Source of the DNA: Candidatus Omnitrophota bacterium | GTDB taxonomy: Bacteria; Omnitrophota; Gorgyraeia; Gygaellales; Profunditerraquicolaceae | Reading direction: 5' to 3' | Length of the DNA: 64,000 nucleotides | NCBI GenBank assembly: GCA_049517335.1 | Contig: JBEKSD010000003.1 | Coordinates: 1-64,000 of the forward strand | Shown here: piece after piece, positions 58,924-64,000 of the stretch | How positions within the stretch are numbered: position 1 is the stretch's first letter | How the letters are laid out: the number at the start of each line of letters is the position of its first letter | Position numbers and translations under genes: made by a program | Notes under the pieces: model-generated | Seen by the model: the letters and a program-made list of their open reading frames with translations, nothing else | The model's database searches: none | What the model was told of the DNA's origin: nothing

Positions 58924-59115
58924 CTATTCTTTCGCAATCGCTAAAGTGAGTATCCCGGCAAGGATTAAAAGCGCAGGGGCGCTCCCTTTTAAAACCAGCC
59001 AGGTCTGACGCCACCATTGCAGCTCAAGCAAAAGATAAACTGCAAGGCCCAGAAAAAATAACCCCAGAATGACTTTTAAGATTACAGCCGATATTTTCCT
59101 GTCTTCCCTTGGCAT
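58924..59115 (-). CDS. Small 2-TM membrane protein
   Basis: AGGAGG RBS; two hydrophobic segments. Confidence 0.7.
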   Translation of the reverse strand: MPREDRKISAVILKVILGLFFLGLAVYLLLELQWWRQTWLVLKGSAPALLILAGILTLAIAKE

Positions 59116-59145
59116 ATTTTCCTCCTAATGTTTGCACCACTTAAT

Positions 59146-60066
59146 TTAAACCGGCTTTGATTTCCACCTGCGATGAATCCACCCCCATTCTGCCGGGTAG
59201 CGGCGTATATAAGACTCAATTATACCTGTTAACTTCTGGATATTTATAAGGATGGTCTCCTGAGCGTTGCTTCCTTCCTCCAATACCATCTCCGGCTCAA
59301 AGACTATGTTATGCCTATCGTCGTACTGGCGAATAATGAAACACGGTAAGAGTGATGCTTTAGTGCGTTGGGCTAAAACAACCGGCCCGGTAGCCGTAGC
59401 AGCTTTAACCCCGAAAAAATCCACAAATACCCCGGAAGTCCCGAAATTCTGGTCTAGGGGTATGAACACTGCTTCATTGTTACGTAATGATTCAATGGTA
59501 GAGTTAACGCAAACTTTGCGCGGCTGGGCGTAAATTGTTTTTATCCCATAACGGTTGCGCATCTTTAAAAAAATATTTTCCACCTTTAAATCACGCATCT
59601 GCCGCATTATGCCGACGGTTTTATAGCCCTCTAAACTAAGCTTCGCAAGCAGGAGCGGGAAATTCCCAAAATGCGCGCTCACCAGGATTACGCCTTTACC
59701 CTTGGTAAGGGCGCTGTCCAAGTGTTCGGCTCCTATAATCTTAACGCGCTCTTTTAACGCCTGGGGCCTGCCCATTAAATACATAAGCTCAATTGCACTT
59801 TTAGCCATATAAATGAAACAATCTTTGGCTATACGCTCCAGTTCCGGGGCAGACTTTTCATTTCCAAAGGCTATCTTCAGGGAATCAAGCGCGATCTTCC
59901 TTTGTTTTGAGGCAAGACGGTATCCTACGAATGCTATTGCGTTTGCAAAACCATAAAGACAGCAGGAAGGAGAGAGCTTAACTATAAAAAGGCATATACG
60001 CAACCCGAAGCGCGCCAAGAAACGGCTGATAGAAGTACGAATTTTTTTATAATCCATAGCCGGCAA
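59146..60066 (-). CDS. Lipid A late acyltransferase (HtrB/LpxL family)
   Basis: SAHFGNF, LDQ, VDFFG and W.WIHRRWK. Confidence 0.9.
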   Translation of the reverse strand: MPAMDYKKIRTSISRFLARFGLRICLFIVKLSPSCCLYGFANAIAFVGYRLASKQRKIALDSLKIAFGNEKSAPELERIAKDCFIYMAKSAIELMYLMGRPQALKERVKIIGAEHLDSALTKGKGVILVSAHFGNFPLLLAKLSLEGYKTVGIMRQMRDLKVENIFLKMRNRYGIKTIYAQPRKVCVNSTIESLRNNEAVFIPLDQNFGTSGVFVDFFGVKAATATGPVVLAQRTKASLLPCFIIRQYDDRHNIVFEPEMVLEEGSNAQETILINIQKLTGIIESYIRRYPAEWGWIHRRWKSKPV

Positions 60067-60558
60067 TTATAACTTATACCCCGCTTTACGCAGGAATTGT
60101 TTTCTCCATAAGATATCCTCATCCGTCTCAATGCCTTTGGGCCTTGAGCCATCGATTACCCCAAGTATCCCCCTTGAGCCTCCTACGTTTTCGGCCACAA
60201 TAACTTCTAGAGGATTTGCAGTCGCGCAATAAATATTGCAGACTTCCGGTATATTTTTTATCGTGTTTAAAACGTTTATCGGATAAGCGTTCCTTAGGAA
60301 AATCAGGAAACTATGCCCTGCTCCGATTTCCAGCATATTAGCAGCGGCAAGCCTTTTTAATTCCTCGTCATTACCTTCGCATCTTACCTTACAGGCTCCG
60401 GAAGATTCAGAAAAGGCAAAACCGAATTTTATACCGGGCACGCTGCTAACCAAAACTTCGTATAAATCCTCAACTGTCTTTATAAAATGGCTCTGGCCAA
60501 GGATAAGGTTTACCTCGTCCGGCTTATTTATCTTCACTAATTTTAGTTCTACCATCAC
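60067..60558 (-). CDS. Adenosine-specific kinase (DUF355) family
   Basis: [11 protein letters not shown] and CATANP. Confidence 0.85.
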   Translation of the reverse strand: MMVELKLVKINKPDEVNLILGQSHFIKTVEDLYEVLVSSVPGIKFGFAFSESSGACKVRCEGNDEELKRLAAANMLEIGAGHSFLIFLRNAYPINVLNTIKNIPEVCNIYCATANPLEVIVAENVGGSRGILGVIDGSRPKGIETDEDILWRKQFLRKAGYKL

Positions 60559-61870
60559 TCCCCCCCTTTATTATAATCTTGCGGAAACCGGAAAAATATG
60601 CCAAAGACTGCTCCCCGTATACTTTAACGGAAGCAAACAAGAAATCGGGCTCCCCTAACAGTTTTAAGGGTACCCTCAAAACTAGTGTTTCGTTAAATAA
60701 ATCAATTTTTACTTCTTCCGGGTTGATTATTCTTGGACCATTAAAAATTTTAACTTTATTATATTTACTCACTATCATAATTTTAGGCATTTCTGCGAAC
60801 GGCTTTTTATAACTATAGCTAAAAAGATAACTTAAAGTAGAGATATGCTTGATTACTTCTTTCGGTTTATCTATGCTGATAAGAAGATCGCCGTTGTCAA
60901 GGGAATAGTTTATAGGATACATATTTTTATCCTGCGTTAAATCAATAGGGGAATAATCCCCGAACAGCTCATTTTTACGCGCAAAAGACAAAAGGTAAAA
61001 CGCGCTTGACTCTGTCTGACTGCGGTAGCTGAGTATAGAGCGGTGTTTATTCTTTAATTGCCCTTCGGTCAGATAAAATTTAAACCAATCGATCTGCCCA
61101 TCGGAGAATTCTTGCGGCGCATCAAGACCTAACTCCGGATGATAATGCCGGGGCTGCGGCCAGCCTAGGCAATGCACAAGGTAAGGATAAACCTTCGGAG
61201 CGTTAATTTGATTTTTCAGGTCCGCCAACGCCACCTGCAGATAGATATAAAGACTCTTGTGGTCCACATTTACATCAGCCGGATGCGAAACAAAAATTTC
61301 ATCCGGTTTATAATTAAGGATAACATTTTTTAAATCCCGCAAAATATTATCCCCTATATAAGAGGAACCAAAAGAAAGGTTTGTTTTATAAGGCACGCTT
61401 GAGATACGCGTGAGCAGGCTTTTATAGGGACGCGCGTCATTCCAGTAATTACGCAATATCATAAAGGTGCCGAAATCCGGGTAGCCTAAGAAGATAAGAT
61501 TACTTTCATCGAGCCCCAGAAGCTTCATCGCTTTCTTTGCTTCGTTCATCCGCACTTCGCCCATATGGATGAATTCGCTTCTGCGCAAAGTAAACCGCTT
61601 TTCATAGACAATAAAAGAAAACTGGTTATGGTCCCCGTTCGTAAGATACACTATTTTTACTTCTGAACCCTTGGCAAGAGCCTCTTGGATTACCCCTGCG
61701 CAGGCAATCGCTTCATCATCGGGGTGAGGAACAAGGATTAAGATACGCCCCTTTCTTTTAATTAAGCTGCCTTCCTTGCTATCGGCCTGTTTTGCATTCT
61801 GCCTTATGAACAGGAATACGCCAAAACCAAAAACCACGAATATAAAAATCAAGATTATTTTCTTAAACAT
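60524..61870 (-). CDS. PIG-L family N-deacetylase, membrane-anchored
   Basis: PHPDDE, LTNGD, R..EA, GYPD and HP.D...DH. Confidence 0.9.
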   Translation of the reverse strand: MFKKIILIFIFVVFGFGVFLFIRQNAKQADSKEGSLIKRKGRILILVPHPDDEAIACAGVIQEALAKGSEVKIVYLTNGDHNQFSFIVYEKRFTLRRSEFIHMGEVRMNEAKKAMKLLGLDESNLIFLGYPDFGTFMILRNYWNDARPYKSLLTRISSVPYKTNLSFGSSYIGDNILRDLKNVILNYKPDEIFVSHPADVNVDHKSLYIYLQVALADLKNQINAPKVYPYLVHCLGWPQPRHYHPELGLDAPQEFSDGQIDWFKFYLTEGQLKNKHRSILSYRSQTESSAFYLLSFARKNELFGDYSPIDLTQDKNMYPINYSLDNGDLLISIDKPKEVIKHISTLSYLFSYSYKKPFAEMPKIMIVSKYNKVKIFNGPRIINPEEVKIDLFNETLVLRVPLKLLGEPDFLFASVKVYGEQSLAYFSGFRKIIIKGGSDGRTKISEDK

Positions 61871-61914
61871 GGATTTTATCTTATCATATAAGTCGGAGGT
61901 AGTCGATAAATAAT

Positions 61915-61943
61915 TTGAAATGGCCTTGAATTAGGTATATAAT
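61915..61943 (+). promoter_or_regulatory. Promoter of the CDF gene (near-leaderless mRNA)
   Basis: TTGAAA-17-TATAAT, 9 nt before the ATG. Confidence 0.65.
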
Positions 61944-61952
61944 TACGAAAAG

Positions 61953-62828
61953 ATGGATAGCTTAAGCCAACATTACGGCCGTATACGTAAAGCTCTCATA
62001 ATAATCCTGGGGTTAAACTGGCTCGTAGCTCTAGTCAAAATTTTTTACGGATTGACTACCAGGTGCGAAAGTATGACTGCCGATGGCTTTCATTCTCTTG
62101 CCGACGGCGCGTCTAACATTATCGGCTTAGTCGGGATACATTTCGCCTGCCAGCCTAAAGACTCAGACCACCCTTACGGGCATAAAAAATACGAGACATT
62201 CTTTGCGTTAGGTATTGCCGGTATGCTTTTTCTGGTTGCATTTAATCAGACTAAACAAGGAATAACCCACCTAACTCAACCCCATAACCCCGTGGTTAAC
62301 CTCAATAGCTTCATAGTTATACTTATCACCTTGGCGGTTAATTTTTGGGTAATGGATTATGAACGCAAACTAGGCATTAAGTTTAAAAGCGATATCCTCA
62401 TCTCGGACGCAGCGCATACAAAGGCTGATATTTTCACTTCCCTCTCAGTAATCTGCGTCCTTATCGTAATAAAACTGGGTTATCCTATACTTGACCCCAT
62501 TGTCACTATAATCATTTCCGTTTTTATCGCGTATGCCGGATATGAAATTATCAAAGAGAGCTCCAATGTCCTTTGTGATACGGCTGCGATATTAGACGTG
62601 AAAAGAATAAGCGATATCGTACTGGCTGTAAAGGGGGTGAAGACCTGCCATAAGATCCGCTCCCGCGGCCGGCCCGACGATGTGCATATTGATTTACATG
62701 TGCAGGTTAATCCCGATATGCACGTGGATAATGCTCATAAGATTAGTTTTGCTATTGAAGAGGCGATAAAGAAAGCTTTGCCTGAAGTGACGGATGTTAT
62801 TGTCCATATAGAGCCTAAATATAACTAG
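61953..62828 (+). CDS. Cation diffusion facilitator (FieF-like)
   Basis: ADGFHSLAD, HPYGH.K.E, DAAHTKAD and VHIEP. Confidence 0.9.
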   Translation: MDSLSQHYGRIRKALIIILGLNWLVALVKIFYGLTTRCESMTADGFHSLADGASNIIGLVGIHFACQPKDSDHPYGHKKYETFFALGIAGMLFLVAFNQTKQGITHLTQPHNPVVNLNSFIVILITLAVNFWVMDYERKLGIKFKSDILISDAAHTKADIFTSLSVICVLIVIKLGYPILDPIVTIIISVFIAYAGYEIIKESSNVLCDTAAILDVKRISDIVLAVKGVKTCHKIRSRGRPDDVHIDLHVQVNPDMHVDNAHKISFAIEEAIKKALPEVTDVIVHIEPKYN

Positions 62829-63967
62829 AGGCCAGAGAGGACAAAGAAAAATCCAATACTTGCGATTATACCCATAAAAGACCCGAAGTAAAATGCCGCC
62901 TGCGCGCCATACACCTTCCAGAGTAGTCCTGCCAATATAGAAGCCGGCAACAACCCTATTCCTACTAGCGTCGCATGCAGGCCAATTGCTGTTGCGCGTA
63001 AGTTTGGGGGAGCAATATCCGTAACTAATGCCTTTTCTACCCCCTCGGTAAAACCTATATATAAACCGTAGAAGCCGAAAAGAAACCAGAAATTACTTAA
63101 CGAGCCGTTGCGCGCGAAACCAAAATAAACTAACCCATAGAATAAATACCCTAAAACCAGAATCTTCTTTCTTCCTATTTTATCCGATAAATGCGCAGCT
63201 GGATAAGATGCTAAAGCATATATTAAGTTATAAACTAAATAATAAAGAATCACCAATGGAAGAGACGCGCCTAAAGTTTTAGCCCGGAGCAATAAAAATT
63301 GGTTTGATGAATTGCCTAAAGTAAATATGAAAGTAAAAATCAGGAAAAACTTAAGCCTCTTATCCAGGGAATGCCAATTAAATCTGATTTTCTCATGCTG
63401 GGTCCCTACTTCCCTTTTTTTCTCTTTGACAAAAAACAAAAATATTACCCCCAAAAGAGCTGGAAGCAACGAGAGAAGGAATATATTCTTAAAATCCCCT
63501 TTGTAACGCGTGATTAAAAAATAGGCTAAGGTTACTCCGATAGCAGCACCAACAGTATCCATAGTCCTATGCAGACCGAAAGCTGCCCCTGACCTGCCTA
63601 CCTTTGCGCTTTCGGCGATCAACGCATCACGCGGAGCAGTGCGGATGCCTTTCCCAAAACGGTCTACTACCCGACTAAATAAAACCAAACCCCAACTGGA
63701 AGAAATATACAAAAAGAATTTTCCTATCGCAGAGCTAAAATACCCCAATATCGTAAAAGGCCTTCTGCGCCTAATTTTATCTGAAAAATACCCTGAGAAA
63801 ACTTTTAGCAGGCTTGCGTTACTTTCCGCTATTCCTTCGATTAACCCCAATATGGCCGGGCTTGCGCCCAGCACGGTAACAATATAAACAGGTAAAAGAG
63901 GATATATCATTTCACTAGAAATATCGGTCAATAAACTGGTAATCCCCAATATGATAATATTAAACAT
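62825..63967 (-). CDS. MFS transporter
   Basis: DISSEMI, DRFGKGIRTAPRDALI and SDKIGRK. Confidence 0.9.
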   Translation of the reverse strand: MFNIIILGITSLLTDISSEMIYPLLPVYIVTVLGASPAILGLIEGIAESNASLLKVFSGYFSDKIRRRRPFTILGYFSSAIGKFFLYISSSWGLVLFSRVVDRFGKGIRTAPRDALIAESAKVGRSGAAFGLHRTMDTVGAAIGVTLAYFLITRYKGDFKNIFLLSLLPALLGVIFLFFVKEKKREVGTQHEKIRFNWHSLDKRLKFFLIFTFIFTLGNSSNQFLLLRAKTLGASLPLVILYYLVYNLIYALASYPAAHLSDKIGRKKILVLGYLFYGLVYFGFARNGSLSNFWFLFGFYGLYIGFTEGVEKALVTDIAPPNLRATAIGLHATLVGIGLLPASILAGLLWKVYGAQAAFYFGSFMGIIASIGFFFVLSGL

Positions 63968-64000
63968 AGGTTATCTTCGTCCTTTTCGGAAAAATTGAGG

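Overview
64 kb of an anaerobic, diderm bacterial chromosome, with almost all genes on the minus strand. Gene content and style suggest Candidatus Omnitrophota, but this is an inference. From left to right: (1) tRNA-Phe with a ~1.9 kb AT-rich islet bounded by a 25-bp direct repeat of the tRNA 5' end, carrying a PIN toxin, an unannotated 50-aa putative antitoxin and a membrane protein. (2) A GH1 / cNMP-ParA-patatin / MazG / hydrogenase-protease operon. (3) A c-di-GMP-I riboswitch with its own promoter whose only obvious target is a 39-codon ORF. (4) A 17-gene membrane-bound group 4 [NiFe]-hydrogenase/Mrp operon with AsrAB-like NAD(P)H subunits and an embedded PhoU-domain gene. (5) A ~20 kb sulfur-cofactor cluster: nadA, mnmA, bio operon with BirA operator, iscS-larE-nifU, thiSGHF under a TPP riboswitch, and metW-metX-cysK-metY under an Rrf2/CymR-like regulator. 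(6) An Rrf2-led oxidative-stress operon including a rubredoxin missing from the ORF track. (7) An uncharacterised PagL / 2x small EamA / DegT / arginase-like / class-III aminotransferase / HAD cluster. (8) A 26-aa basic peptide resembling ribosomal protein bL37, and envelope genes. No CRISPR array, rRNA, integrase or transposase was seen. All product calls come from motif recognition by eye; no searches were run.
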